Shown in pieces: positions 40,979-51,085 of a stretch of 64,000 nt of DNA; position 1 is the first letter of the stretch; every line of letters begins with the position of its first letter. The position numbers were made by a program, and so were the translations under genes. The DNA is from Candidatus Poribacteria bacterium. GTDB taxonomy: Bacteria > Poribacteria > WGA-4E > PCPOR2b. A model generated the notes under the pieces. That model ran no database searches. It had not been told where the DNA came from and saw only the letters and a program-made list of their open reading frames with translations. The DNA lies in the NCBI GenBank assembly GCA_965198175.1, contig OZ240245.1, positions 1,760,001 through 1,824,000 on the forward strand, in the 5' to 3' direction.

Positions 40979-42031
40979 TCATTTATCCCAGACATACGCT
41001 TTGCCAGCCTCCACAAAATGTTTCACATTTTCGAATGGGGTATCGCGGTGAAGCCCGTGGTTGAGATTCAGGATATGGCCAATCTTGCCGACCTGTCGCA
41101 GGCATCGGTTGACAGCAACCGTAATGTCATCGGCTGTACCGTCTCGGAGGATTTTATTGTCCACATTTCCTTGAAAGGCGACTTGCCCCGCAGCTTGCGC
41201 CTGTGCTTCTGCGAGATCTACGCATGTTCCGACGCTCAAAACGTCCGCACCGCTTTTCAGCATGAGATCCAAGTGAGGGCATTCTCTCGTAAATAGAATA
41301 GATATCGCACTGGAATTTAACTCAGCGAAGATTTGTTCGTGATAAGGCTGGACAAAGGATTCATAGCACATGCGATCAATGCCATCTGCGATGGATTCAA
41401 AGAGTTGCACTATTTGCGCGCCTTCTGAAATTTGGTAGTTCAGATAATCAATTGTCAGTTGCGTCAAGCGTGTCAACAGATTATGAAACAGACGCGGTTC
41501 CTCACGCATCAACTGAAAAACGACGATCGATTCGTTTGAGACCCCATTTCCCTGATTCATGGGGCTTTTGCCTGCAACCATGAAAAAAGCCAGTGTCAGC
41601 GGGGCACCGGCAAAACCGACTACTGGTAATTCGCCATCCAGCCCCTGACGCAGCCCGTTCAAGATTTTCCCAACAAATTTCAGGTCTGCTGATGGCTGGA
41701 CGGGGCGTAGTGCCTCGATTTGTGCTCGCGTACGAATCGGTGTTGCCAATACGGGCCCCGGTGCAAATCGGAAGTGCACCCCCATTGGGGTAAGCGGGGT
41801 TAGAATGTCCTGATACATGATGATTGCATCAACTCCGATGCGTTGCGGCAAAAGCGAAATTTCAATTGCCCGCTCGACATCCTGAAATAGGTGTTCTAAG
41901 GGGACTTGTGCACGCTTGCGTAAAGCCCGATAAGCCGGATCTGAACGCCCGGCTTGACGCATCATCCAGACCGGTACCCGTTCCACTGGAAGTCGGCGCG
42001 CCGCACGAAGCAGGAGGTCATTATTTGGCAT
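40979..42031 (-). CDS. hemE: Uroporphyrinogen decarboxylase
   Basis: PVWMMRQAGR, GFAGAP, QGNVD, HILNLNHG. Confidence 0.96.
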   Translation of the reverse strand: MPNNDLLLRAARRLPVERVPVWMMRQAGRSDPAYRALRKRAQVPLEHLFQDVERAIEISLLPQRIGVDAIIMYQDILTPLTPMGVHFRFAPGPVLATPIRTRAQIEALRPVQPSADLKFVGKILNGLRQGLDGELPVVGFAGAPLTLAFFMVAGKSPMNQGNGVSNESIVVFQLMREEPRLFHNLLTRLTQLTIDYLNYQISEGAQIVQLFESIADGIDRMCYESFVQPYHEQIFAELNSSAISILFTRECPHLDLMLKSGADVLSVGTCVDLAEAQAQAAGQVAFQGNVDNKILRDGTADDITVAVNRCLRQVGKIGHILNLNHGLHRDTPFENVKHFVEAGKAYVWDK

Positions 42032-42084
42032 GGGCCTTGTAATCGTTTTTGAGTTGACAGCGGGTTAATGATTTTTCCATAACC

Positions 42085-42393
42085 TCATTCCCCCGTTTCC
42101 TCTTTCTGATGTCGTTCAAGAAACTGCCTGAGTTTCACGAAACTTTTGATGTTCTTCATAATCCGGCCACTTTCCCGCTCCTCAAGATAGAGAAAAAACC
42201 CCATCAAGTACAGACTGATGAAAAATAGTAGAAAGCCGAGTACACATTGGGTGATTGCAGAGGTGTTCGCTTCGAGATTCAGCTTGGGAATTCCGTTTTC
42301 CCACATTACGGAAGCGAAGTCGCGACACCCGGTCACCCCCATGGATAGAAAAATAATTGATAGCGCGAAGACGATGAAAAATTGAATGCCCAT
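42085..42393 (-). CDS. Small membrane protein (2 TM)
   Basis: Two hydrophobic segments and a charged tail; start uncertain. Confidence 0.55.
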   Translation of the reverse strand: MGIQFFIVFALSIIFLSMGVTGCRDFASVMWENGIPKLNLEANTSAITQCVLGFLLFFISLYLMGFFLYLEERESGRIMKNIKSFVKLRQFLERHQKEETGE

Positions 42394-42731
42394 CAGTTTA
42401 ACCGTCAATATAATACTGGATTGTGGATGCCGGAGATGGTGTGGATTCGCTTGTGGTGAGTCTTCCGCAATCCACATCTAGTTTGTTGAAAACAGTTATA
42501 TTATAGCACACAGCGCCACTATCGGTAAACCTATATTCCCGCACACATCTGTAAGCGGAGGTGAGGTCAAGGTTTGTAGCATGGGAGTTCGGAGGTTGTT
42601 ATATTCACGGAAATATTATATAATAACGAAGTTCCAAAATGCCGGAGGCACTCCTCAAAACGATAATTGACCGTAATCCAAGCGAATCCTAACTATCAAG
42701 ATTTGCCCTCGTTATTTACCATTAGCCACAA

Positions 42732-44165
42732 ATGCCCGAAGAAAAACTGACAGAAAAACAACACGCCGCTTTACGCCACATACCCGCCATGGAACAGTTG
42801 CTGATTCATGGTTCGTTTGTCGATATGCAGAAACAGTATTCTAGAGATCTGGTAACCGAAGCGTTACGTTCAGTGGTTGCGGAGATTCGGGCTCAAATTC
42901 TCTCCAACCAAGAAATTTCGGATTTTCCTGATGATGCGCAACTTGCCGATCTTACCCACGCTAAACTTGAAGCGATAACCTCTTCCACCTACTTGCCTGT
43001 GATTAACGGGACCGGGACAATTATCCACACAAATCTGGGCAGATCGCTCCTCAGCGCATCTGCCTGCGAAGGACTTCTTCAAGCCGGGGGTAACTATGTC
43101 AACTTAGAGTACGATCTTGAGAGAGGGGATCGCGGACACCGAGATCAAATCACTGAACCCTTACTACAGCGGTTGACCGGCTGCGGTGCGTCAACGGTTG
43201 TGAACAACAACGCGGCGGCAGTTCTGCTTACGTTAAACACATTGGGGCGAGGCAAAGAGGTCATCGTCTCTCGTGGAGAACTGATTGAAATCGGCGGCGC
43301 GTTTCGAATTCCGGATGTTATGGAGGCGAGTGGGGCAATCCTGCGGGAAGTGGGCACAACGAACCGGACTCATCTCAGGGATTACGAAAATGCAATCAAC
43401 GAAAACACCGCACTTCTGCTGAAAGTCCATCCCAGCAACTACAAAATCGTAGGCTTTACCATGACCCCTGAGATTGAGGAAATTACTGAACTTGGCAATC
43501 GGTATGGGATTCCAACTATGGAGGATCTCGGAAGTGGGACATTGATTGATTTGACGAAGTACGATTTACCTTATGAGCCAGTTGTTCGTGAGCGGGTTGA
43601 GGCTGGCGTCGATATCCTAACCTTCAGCGGCGATAAGCTGCTGGGCGGTCCACAAGCGGGGATTATCGTCGGCAAATCGGATCTAATTCAGAAAATTCGC
43701 AAAAATCCACTGATGCGGGCGCTACGCGTTGGAAAGTTGACAATCGCTGCACTCGAAGCTACTTTACGGCTCTATCTCAACGAAGACAACCTAACCGAAA
43801 AACTTCCCATGCTTTATCGCTGTACCCGATCGATTGACGAGCTCCGAATCATCGCAGAGAAGCTAGTAACGCTCCTGCGGGAAATCTTTGGTGAGGCGAT
43901 TGCAGTTACAGTCGAAGAGAGTCATGCACAGATTGGCAGTGGCTCGCTGCCAACTGAGACTTTGCCAAGCCTCGCAATAGTTTTGGAGTCGCAACACATT
44001 TCTGCGGAAGCACTCGCTGCGAGTTTCCGGGCACAATCGAGGCCGGTAATCGGTCGAACGCAGAGCGATCGGTTCTGGATGGACGTGCGAACGATAGGCG
44101 AACAAGAATTGGATTGGATCGTCGATGCGGCGAAAAATGTCCTGGGGACCAGCACTATAATTTAG
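42732..44165 (+). CDS. selA: L-seryl-tRNA(Sec) selenium transferase
   Basis: VINGTGTIIHTNLGR, VNNNAAA, SRGELIEIGGAFRIP, EVGTTNRT, FSGDKLLGGPQAG. Confidence 0.98.
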   Translation: MPEEKLTEKQHAALRHIPAMEQLLIHGSFVDMQKQYSRDLVTEALRSVVAEIRAQILSNQEISDFPDDAQLADLTHAKLEAITSSTYLPVINGTGTIIHTNLGRSLLSASACEGLLQAGGNYVNLEYDLERGDRGHRDQITEPLLQRLTGCGASTVVNNNAAAVLLTLNTLGRGKEVIVSRGELIEIGGAFRIPDVMEASGAILREVGTTNRTHLRDYENAINENTALLLKVHPSNYKIVGFTMTPEIEEITELGNRYGIPTMEDLGSGTLIDLTKYDLPYEPVVRERVEAGVDILTFSGDKLLGGPQAGIIVGKSDLIQKIRKNPLMRALRVGKLTIAALEATLRLYLNEDNLTEKLPMLYRCTRSIDELRIIAEKLVTLLREIFGEAIAVTVEESHAQIGSGSLPTETLPSLAIVLESQHISAEALAASFRAQSRPVIGRTQSDRFWMDVRTIGEQELDWIVDAAKNVLGTSTII

Positions 44166-44174
44166 GATAACGCT

Positions 44175-46100
44175 ATGCGACACGTCATCATCGGTACTGC
44201 CGGTCATGTTGACCACGGTAAAACGGCACTTATACGCGCCCTTACAGGAATCGAAACAGACCGGCTCAAGGAAGAGCAAGAACGAGGACTGTCAATCGAG
44301 TTGGGGTTTGCCTATTTCGATCTGCCCGACGGTTCACGCGCCGGAATCGTGGACGTTCCCGGACATGAAAAGTTCATCCGGAATATGCTCTCTGGAGCCT
44401 ATGGGATGGACGTTGTGCTACTTGTGGTTGATGCGAAGGAGGGTGTACAGGAACAGACGTTCGAACACCTCGAAATTCTCGATTTGCTTGGCATTTCGAC
44501 GGGTATCTTGGTGATAACGAAAGTGGATTTGGTGACGGAGGAGGAATTAACTGAATCTACCGAGATGGCTCAAGAGATGTTGGCGGGGACCTCTCTCGAA
44601 GGCGCCCCTACAGTTCAAGTATCGGCTGTGACAGAAGAAGGGGTAGATGACCTCAAGCAAACCATTGTCGATAGTGTGAACGCCCTTGCAGAAAAAGAGA
44701 GCCGCAATGGTATCCCACGTCTTTATGTGGATCGAATTTTTACGATGCCGGGGTTTGGCGCGGTTGTTACAGGAACGTTGATTGACGGTTCCATTCACCG
44801 GGAACAACGGCTTATGATATTGCCACAGGGACGCGAAGTTCGTGTGCGCGGCATACAAGTTCACAACCAACCGGCAGAGGAGGCGCATGCAGGACAGCGT
44901 ACCGCTTTAAATTTATCGGGCATCACAAAAGAAGATGTTAGTCGCGGGGATGTGCTTTGCACAATCGGGTTATCAAAAGTGACAGACAACATTGATGTCT
45001 CTCTGCATGTGCTGTCGTCGTTCCCAAGAATGCTCGAACACTGGACGCGGCTACGGTTTTATCTCGGTACAAGCGAAGCGTTTTGTCGGGCGATTCTGCT
45101 TGTGGATGAAGCGGTCTTGCCAGGCGATACGGCTCAGATTCAATTGCGCTTAGAGAAACCGATTCTAACTTTTAGAGGCGATCGACTTATCGTTCGTGAT
45201 TTCGCATCACAGTATACCGTCGGAGGCGGGACGGTGATTAATCCGTTTGCACCGCGCCACAAGCGGTTTACGACAGAGACATCGGAAACACTAGATCTAT
45301 GGAAAAAGGCTGATGATGTGGGGGTGATAAATCTGTTATTGGCACAAAGCCGCGAACTCTGCACGACAGAAAGTTCTCTGCGATATTATCTTAGCCATCC
45401 TTATTCGACTCTGGGAGAAATTCTGAAAGCACTTGAGCGTGAGCACAAAATATCGCGATGGGGCGGCAGCACTCCACTTATTTCCGCTAGGGATCGAGCG
45501 GAAACGGCACAAACCAATCTCAGCAATGCTTTGGATCAATTCCACGAACGAACACCACTCGCCCCCGGTCAAAATGCCGCACAACTCCGTCTCCAACTAG
45601 ACCTTGACGTAACTGCCTTTGAGAAGATTGTGGATGATTTGATTCGGCGGAAGCGAATCGTTAAAGACGGAAATCTCCTGCGTATGGCGTCCCACCAGAT
45701 TCAGTTTTCTGAGCAAGAGGAGGCAGTCAAGGAGAAAGTTGAGGGAGTCTTTTTGGATGCAGGAATGAACGTTCCGAATATGAAAGCGCTAATCGAGCAA
45801 CTTCCAGAATATGCCCCTCAATCAGTTGGGGCAACTTTCTACGCACTTGTTAATCTTGGACGGCTCGTCAAGATTGCGGATGACTTCTTTGTCCATATAC
45901 AGACGTTCGAACGAATCATGAATTTACTTACGGGTTACCTTCAAGAAAATGACATAATTACTATAGCTGAATTCCGCGAGTTCGCCCAAACCAGCCGAAA
46001 ATATGCTGTGCCGTTTCTTGAATACTGTGACGGAGAAGGCATCACGATTCGTGAAGGGAACCACCGCCGTCCGCGGAAATCGGCGCAGCAGCGAGCCTAA
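44175..46100 (+). CDS. selB: Selenocysteine-specific elongation factor
   Basis: GTAGHVDHGKT, EEQERGLSIELGFA, DVPGHEKF; C-terminal winged helix SRKYAVPFLEY. Confidence 0.98.
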   Translation: MRHVIIGTAGHVDHGKTALIRALTGIETDRLKEEQERGLSIELGFAYFDLPDGSRAGIVDVPGHEKFIRNMLSGAYGMDVVLLVVDAKEGVQEQTFEHLEILDLLGISTGILVITKVDLVTEEELTESTEMAQEMLAGTSLEGAPTVQVSAVTEEGVDDLKQTIVDSVNALAEKESRNGIPRLYVDRIFTMPGFGAVVTGTLIDGSIHREQRLMILPQGREVRVRGIQVHNQPAEEAHAGQRTALNLSGITKEDVSRGDVLCTIGLSKVTDNIDVSLHVLSSFPRMLEHWTRLRFYLGTSEAFCRAILLVDEAVLPGDTAQIQLRLEKPILTFRGDRLIVRDFASQYTVGGGTVINPFAPRHKRFTTETSETLDLWKKADDVGVINLLLAQSRELCTTESSLRYYLSHPYSTLGEILKALEREHKISRWGGSTPLISARDRAETAQTNLSNALDQFHERTPLAPGQNAAQLRLQLDLDVTAFEKIVDDLIRRKRIVKDGNLLRMASHQIQFSEQEEAVKEKVEGVFLDAGMNVPNMKALIEQLPEYAPQSVGATFYALVNLGRLVKIADDFFVHIQTFERIMNLLTGYLQENDIITIAEFREFAQTSRKYAVPFLEYCDGEGITIREGNHRRPRKSAQQRA

Positions 46101-46148
46101 GCCGCGACAAGTTGAAACTTGTTCGAAAGCGGGTTGACAGTTTATTAT

Positions 46149-46242
46149 GGGAGGGGATAGGGTCCGGTGGCTCTACTGGTCTTCAAAACCAGCTTGCCCA
46201 TGCAAGTGGGTAGGTGGGTTCGACTCCCACCCTCTCCCGCCA
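46149..46242 (+). tRNA. selC: tRNA-Sec (anticodon UCA)
   Basis: 94 nt. 8-bp acceptor GGGAGGGG/CCTCTCCC, long D-stem with CGGT loop, anticodon loop CTTCAAA, long variable arm, T arm GTGGG-TTCGACT-CCCAC, 3' GCCA. Confidence 0.97.
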
Positions 46243-46308
46243 TCAGGAATAAGACATCAGTGACTGTCGTTACGCGCCCAGATTTACCGAAGGGTTGCGT
46301 GCGCTGTG

Positions 46309-47688
46309 TCAACCCTTAAAATTGGCGAGCACATCACGGAGTGTTTCGAAGATCCGATCCGCCTCTTTGGTCGTCAGGATTAGCGGTGGGGCAATGAAGA
46401 GGATATTCTCCGGTTCATCTACAGCGCGGCTGATTTTCCCAATTAGGATGCCTTTTTCTCGCATTGCCCCAACAATCTGGTTTGTATTCGCTGTATCAAA
46501 ATGAGATATTCCATTTTGAACCAACTCGATTGCGATCATGAGCCCTTTTCCTCGGACATCTCCGACAATCGGCAACGATCGTAGCGTGTCAAGTTTCTCC
46601 AAGAGGTAAGTCCCTACTTGTTCAGCGTTTTCCCATAATCGCTCGTCTGTGAGAATTTTCAGGTTTGCCAAGCCGGCGGCACAGGCGACAGGGTGCCCAG
46701 CGTAGGTGCATACTTGTGCGAACTCCCGATTCTCCTCTGGGGCGCCGAGAAATTCTTCAAAAACGTCAGCGCTTACCACACAAGCGCCGAGCGGAAGGTA
46801 GCCACTCGTCAGTCCCTTTGCCAATGTGATAATGTCAGGTTGTATTCCCCAACGCTCACACGCAAACAGTGTTCCCGTTCTGCCGAAGCCCGTAATCACT
46901 TCATCAAGAATGAGCAAAACTCCATAGCGATCACAGATTTCTCTTAGTCGTGAAAGATAGTCATCCGGCGGGACTATCACTCCTCCGCCGCCAATGATTG
47001 GTTCAGCAATCACCGCGATGACAGTTTCCGCCCCTTCCCACTGAATGACCCGCTCGATTTCGTCGGCGCAGAACATGTTACAGTCCGACTCACTCAAACC
47101 AAACGGACATCGATAGCAATAAGGCGGGTGCACGTGCAGGAAACCCGGTGCGAGCGGTTCAAATGCCTTTTTTCGCTGGACCTGCCCGGTTGCGGACATC
47201 GCCCCGTAAGTGAATCCGTGATAGCCGCGATAACGGGCAATAATCTTGTAGCGGTTCTGGTCCGGATATCTTTGCCTGCCGTACTGCCGCGCAATTTTTA
47301 TTGCGGTTTCGTTGGCTTCAGAACCGCTATTGCTGAAATAGACGTGGTTGAGGTTCCCAGGTAAAAGCTCGGCGAGTCGTTCCGCCAACAGTGCTGCGGG
47401 AATGTTAATCTGCGTGTGTGGGTAGTAGTGCAATTGCTGCATCTGTTCGTAGACCGCTTGGGCAATCTCCTGCCGTCCGTATCCAACGTTGACATTCCAT
47501 AGACCGGAATAGGCATCCAAATATTCGTGTCCGTCCGAGTCGATTATCGTTGTCCCGTGCGCTGATTGGAACACTATCAGATTCGTCTGATTTAAGAGGT
47601 CATGCTGAAAGAGCGGGTGCCAAACGTGCGCCTGATCGATTTTTCTGTAATCTTGTGTGGATAGTTCATTCTGTGAATTCGCCATCAA
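46309..47688 (-). CDS. Class III PLP aminotransferase (BioA/omega-transaminase-like)
   Basis: SGSEANE, GYHG, DEVITGFGRTG, AKGLTSGYLP, RGKGLM. Confidence 0.93.
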   Translation of the reverse strand: MMANSQNELSTQDYRKIDQAHVWHPLFQHDLLNQTNLIVFQSAHGTTIIDSDGHEYLDAYSGLWNVNVGYGRQEIAQAVYEQMQQLHYYPHTQINIPAALLAERLAELLPGNLNHVYFSNSGSEANETAIKIARQYGRQRYPDQNRYKIIARYRGYHGFTYGAMSATGQVQRKKAFEPLAPGFLHVHPPYCYRCPFGLSESDCNMFCADEIERVIQWEGAETVIAVIAEPIIGGGGVIVPPDDYLSRLREICDRYGVLLILDEVITGFGRTGTLFACERWGIQPDIITLAKGLTSGYLPLGACVVSADVFEEFLGAPEENREFAQVCTYAGHPVACAAGLANLKILTDERLWENAEQVGTYLLEKLDTLRSLPIVGDVRGKGLMIAIELVQNGISHFDTANTNQIVGAMREKGILIGKISRAVDEPENILFIAPPLILTTKEADRIFETLRDVLANFKG

Positions 47689-47771
47689 TTTTCCTTTCCA
47701 AGCGTTGAAGGTGAAATGCTGAGGTATAAACTCTCACCTTATCTTTTAGGTTTATGCGATACTAGAAGATG

Positions 47772-49076
47772 TTATGTTTTCTGCGGCTTCTTCTTTGCAG
47801 CCGGAAACAGGATATTATTCAAAATGAGACGATAGCCCGGTGAGTGTTTGTGGAGATCCAAATTGGTCGGAATCCTTCCCTCCCCGACGAGATGCCGGTA
47901 ATCCTCTGGATCGTGTCCACCGAGAAAAGTGAACGTCCCTTTTCCTAATTTCCCATGGATGTATTTTGCATAGCGAGTTCCTTCGATGTCGCCCAAGATG
48001 GTCACCGTATCGCGGATGGTGTCTCGATTGAACGAAGTCGTCTGACCAAGAAATCCCCGCACCTTACCCACGTGATTCTGGGTAAGCATCGTGGGGATGG
48101 GATCGTGCTTTGCCGAGAACTCGAATAACGTGAAGTCTTCTAAGCCTGACAGCGGGTTGGGCTCTGGTTTCGGGTTATCGATATTGGAAAATTCGTATCG
48201 ATTCGGGCTCGTATACAACGTAAAGTTTTCGAAGCCGAAGGTTTTTCGGAAATTGAGTTGGGATTGATAGTCCGGCTGGATGGGGGTTCCGTCAAGTTCA
48301 GGACCGACAATATCGACACGCCCTCCGTCCGCTGCGATCGTAATGTCCAAGGTTTCCGGCGCTGAGCACATCGCAAACAGAAATCCACCGTTGAGAACAT
48401 AATCCTGAATCTGTTGCGCGATATGTCCTTTGTGTCTCGGCACCCGGGAAAAACCTGCCTCGGCAGCCGCTTTTTCGAACAGACGTACTCGCTGCTGATA
48501 CCACACCTGTCTCCTGAAGGAGCCGTAGAACTTCCCGTGCTGTCCAGTGAAATCTTCGTGGTGTAGATGTACCCAGTCGAATCTTTCCATGAACAGGTTG
48601 CCGTTTTCGACTTCCTTATCCCAGATGACATCATACGGAATGTGTGCATAATCCAAAGCAATCTTCACCGCATCGTCCCACGGATCACGGTAGGGCGTGT
48701 TGCCCGGAGGGGCGTAAACAGCAATCTTTGGTGCTTTTTCCAAGATGATTTCGTCCATATTGCTGTCTTCCATCTCAATGAGAATACCGCCATAATCGAG
48801 ATCGGAGATGGGTTGAACATGAACCCCCATCGCCTTCGCCTTGACATGTACGTCAGATGAATCTTTCAGAAGGAAGGCGCCGCCGCGATAATTCAGAAGC
48901 CACATCGCTTTGTACTCCCGCGGCGTTTGCAGTGTCCAGTAAGTCAGTCCGTAAGCCTTCAGGTGGTTGGTCTGCGTTTTATCCATCGGCACGAGCAGCC
49001 ATTGGGCAAAGGTGCTGCTCGCTAATACGAAGGTAAGGAATGCGGACAGCGATATGCTTTTTGCAGAAGGCATCAA
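47772..49076 (-). CDS. Secreted protein of the family commonly annotated 'asparagine synthetase B' (GATase-like, function unclear)
   Basis: Signal peptide; NHLKAYG, WLLNYRGG, LHHEDFTGQHGKFY, FAMCSA, GHDPEDY, PAAKKK. Confidence 0.7.
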   Translation of the reverse strand: MMPSAKSISLSAFLTFVLASSTFAQWLLVPMDKTQTNHLKAYGLTYWTLQTPREYKAMWLLNYRGGAFLLKDSSDVHVKAKAMGVHVQPISDLDYGGILIEMEDSNMDEIILEKAPKIAVYAPPGNTPYRDPWDDAVKIALDYAHIPYDVIWDKEVENGNLFMERFDWVHLHHEDFTGQHGKFYGSFRRQVWYQQRVRLFEKAAAEAGFSRVPRHKGHIAQQIQDYVLNGGFLFAMCSAPETLDITIAADGGRVDIVGPELDGTPIQPDYQSQLNFRKTFGFENFTLYTSPNRYEFSNIDNPKPEPNPLSGLEDFTLFEFSAKHDPIPTMLTQNHVGKVRGFLGQTTSFNRDTIRDTVTILGDIEGTRYAKYIHGKLGKGTFTFLGGHDPEDYRHLVGEGRIPTNLDLHKHSPGYRLILNNILFPAAKKKPQKT

Positions 49077-49194
49077 TTATTCTCCATTGTAGCTTTAATC
49101 AGCGGTGCTCATTCAAGATAAAGCTGCACTGAACAGCAAATCCACCGATGGATTGTGGACGGAAGGGGCTATCCCAAGCACAATCATCTCGGTA

Positions 49195-51030
49195 TCATTC
49201 AGCGGGCAGTCCGGCGTCCATGAGCATTACAATCCTGTTCGCAATCTCCCGGCGCAGTTTGTCGAGCTCCGGTTCGGGCAAGATAGCGGGACGCTCAGGA
49301 ATATCGGCGATGCGCTTCGCAAGCCAATCCGACGCATCGCGAGCAAGCTGCTGATGCTCCAAATTCACGGAGGACTCACCCTTGGCAATCAATGTACGCA
49401 GGGTCGCGCCGTAGCGAGCATCGTCAATACCTTCCTGTACCGCTTCCCAAGTAATCGTGCTCAGCAGGTTCCCACCTTCATCTTCAAAGGCATAGTGACA
49501 ACCCTGCCAGTTAATCATCTGGTCGTAAGGTCGATAGAGCGGAGCACCGTAGTAGGTCCATTCGGTAAAGCCGTGTAGCCCCATGCGGTCGAGTCCGAAT
49601 CCCGCGAAGTGACGCGGGAAACCGTAGGCATTGTGCTGACACAGCCAGCGGATGCCCCAGAGCTGTGCGTTGTCGGCTTCGGCTCGCCGCAGGTCGTCGT
49701 CGCTAAGCCGCCACAGCTCCCCAACGCGCACATCAAGCGGGACACCGATCGCATCAATCACGTCCTGTGAGTAGGCGGTGCAGAGCATTTTCTCACCGGG
49801 GCATGCTTCGTGGAAGAGCGGGAACTCTACCTTTGCCCATTCAAGCTCACGTGCATGGATAGCTGCGGCACCAGGTTCATCCACGAGAAACCAGAGGATT
49901 TCGGGCCATCCTGCTTCTTTCGCGTGGCGAACCATCTGGCGAAAGAGATCTTTGAGCACCTCCTTGAGATCCTCGGGATAGTCTTCCGCCTTATAGTTGA
50001 TGCAGCGCTGACCGTAGTAATCGGCGGGCTTGAATTTCTTGCCGTCCACTCGATCGAAGAGATCGAGCACGCGGCAACTTAGCAAGCGAGGATAATACGG
50101 CACCGGTCTGTTAAACCCCTGACGTTTGAGTTCAGCCATGAGCTTGTCGGTGCGCGGAAAACTCGCGACGACACGGTCTCCGATTCGCTCAAGGACGGGA
50201 GACACGTGTCCCGGGGGACAGATAAGCATCGAATTGACGCCGTGTGCTTTCATGTCGGCGAAATCCTGCGCGGTTTTCTCGCTTGGTAAGCCATAGTAGT
50301 AGATGCCCCACCAGCGGCCCGTCACCAGCCTAAAGGGATAGACCAGCAATTCGAGCTTCAGCGCCGCTTCACCGCCATTCTCAGTTCGAACATGGACGTC
50401 CCCTGCATAACGACCTACCGGGGTCCCCGGAGTGATGTGGAGTCGCATCCAAAACTGCTGGCTCTGTCCGCTTGGCACTCGGGTTGCGGCGTCTTGATGG
50501 TCTATAAGCTTGGGTGCCTCGACAAAGAACGGGTCCCAGTAGTTTCTCCAGATACCGATGCGCACCGGTCGAACCGTGATGGCGGAAGCCGGTAGCGTGC
50601 CCCCATCTTTGCTCGACAATGTTCCAACTTCCACATGTACCCGTCCCAAATCTCGAAGTGCGTGAATTGCAAACTGCGTGTGCCGTTTCTCGTTCTGGCT
50701 GGCGGCGGTAAAGAGCGCGACAGTCCGCTCGCTCTCTTGGGGGCTACTGAAGCGAAAGACGCCGTCAGACTTCGATCGACGATAGACGATGAAACCGCGT
50801 TCGACTTCCTCAGCTGTGATACCCTGCGGATCCGGTTCGGGTTTAGGGGTCCGATCCTCGATTTCATCGCCGTTGACGACCAAAGTCCGTCGACCGTCTT
50901 GGTAGATGCGCTCCACGACTCTCTCGTGAAGCCGCGTCTCGCGGTAGCTCTGTTCGGCTCCGCACGACATGGCAACACTGAGACTAACAACCACACAAAT
51001 TCCAATAAAACACAGAATGAACACCATCAA
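49195..51030 (-). CDS. Exported glycoside hydrolase-like protein (DUF4091/GH123-like)
   Basis: Signal peptide; N-terminal Ig-like domain; VDEP motif; C-terminal WEAVQEGIDDARY. Confidence 0.7.
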   Translation of the reverse strand: MMVFILCFIGICVVVSLSVAMSCGAEQSYRETRLHERVVERIYQDGRRTLVVNGDEIEDRTPKPEPDPQGITAEEVERGFIVYRRSKSDGVFRFSSPQESERTVALFTAASQNEKRHTQFAIHALRDLGRVHVEVGTLSSKDGGTLPASAITVRPVRIGIWRNYWDPFFVEAPKLIDHQDAATRVPSGQSQQFWMRLHITPGTPVGRYAGDVHVRTENGGEAALKLELLVYPFRLVTGRWWGIYYYGLPSEKTAQDFADMKAHGVNSMLICPPGHVSPVLERIGDRVVASFPRTDKLMAELKRQGFNRPVPYYPRLLSCRVLDLFDRVDGKKFKPADYYGQRCINYKAEDYPEDLKEVLKDLFRQMVRHAKEAGWPEILWFLVDEPGAAAIHARELEWAKVEFPLFHEACPGEKMLCTAYSQDVIDAIGVPLDVRVGELWRLSDDDLRRAEADNAQLWGIRWLCQHNAYGFPRHFAGFGLDRMGLHGFTEWTYYGAPLYRPYDQMINWQGCHYAFEDEGGNLLSTITWEAVQEGIDDARYGATLRTLIAKGESSVNLEHQQLARDASDWLAKRIADIPERPAILPEPELDKLRREIANRIVMLMDAGLPAE

Positions 51031-51085
51031 TTATACTCCATGAAATTCTCTAAATTGTAAAACCCTTGTGCAAATCGTCCAGGTA

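Noticed and set aside
42630..42731. SECIS-like regulatory hairpin upstream of selA
   Set aside because: Only a 4-bp stem (TGCC-GGA-GGCA); too weak to support.
46149..46310. Island integrated at selC
   Set aside because: No integrase nearby and no duplicated tRNA 3' end noticed in the window.
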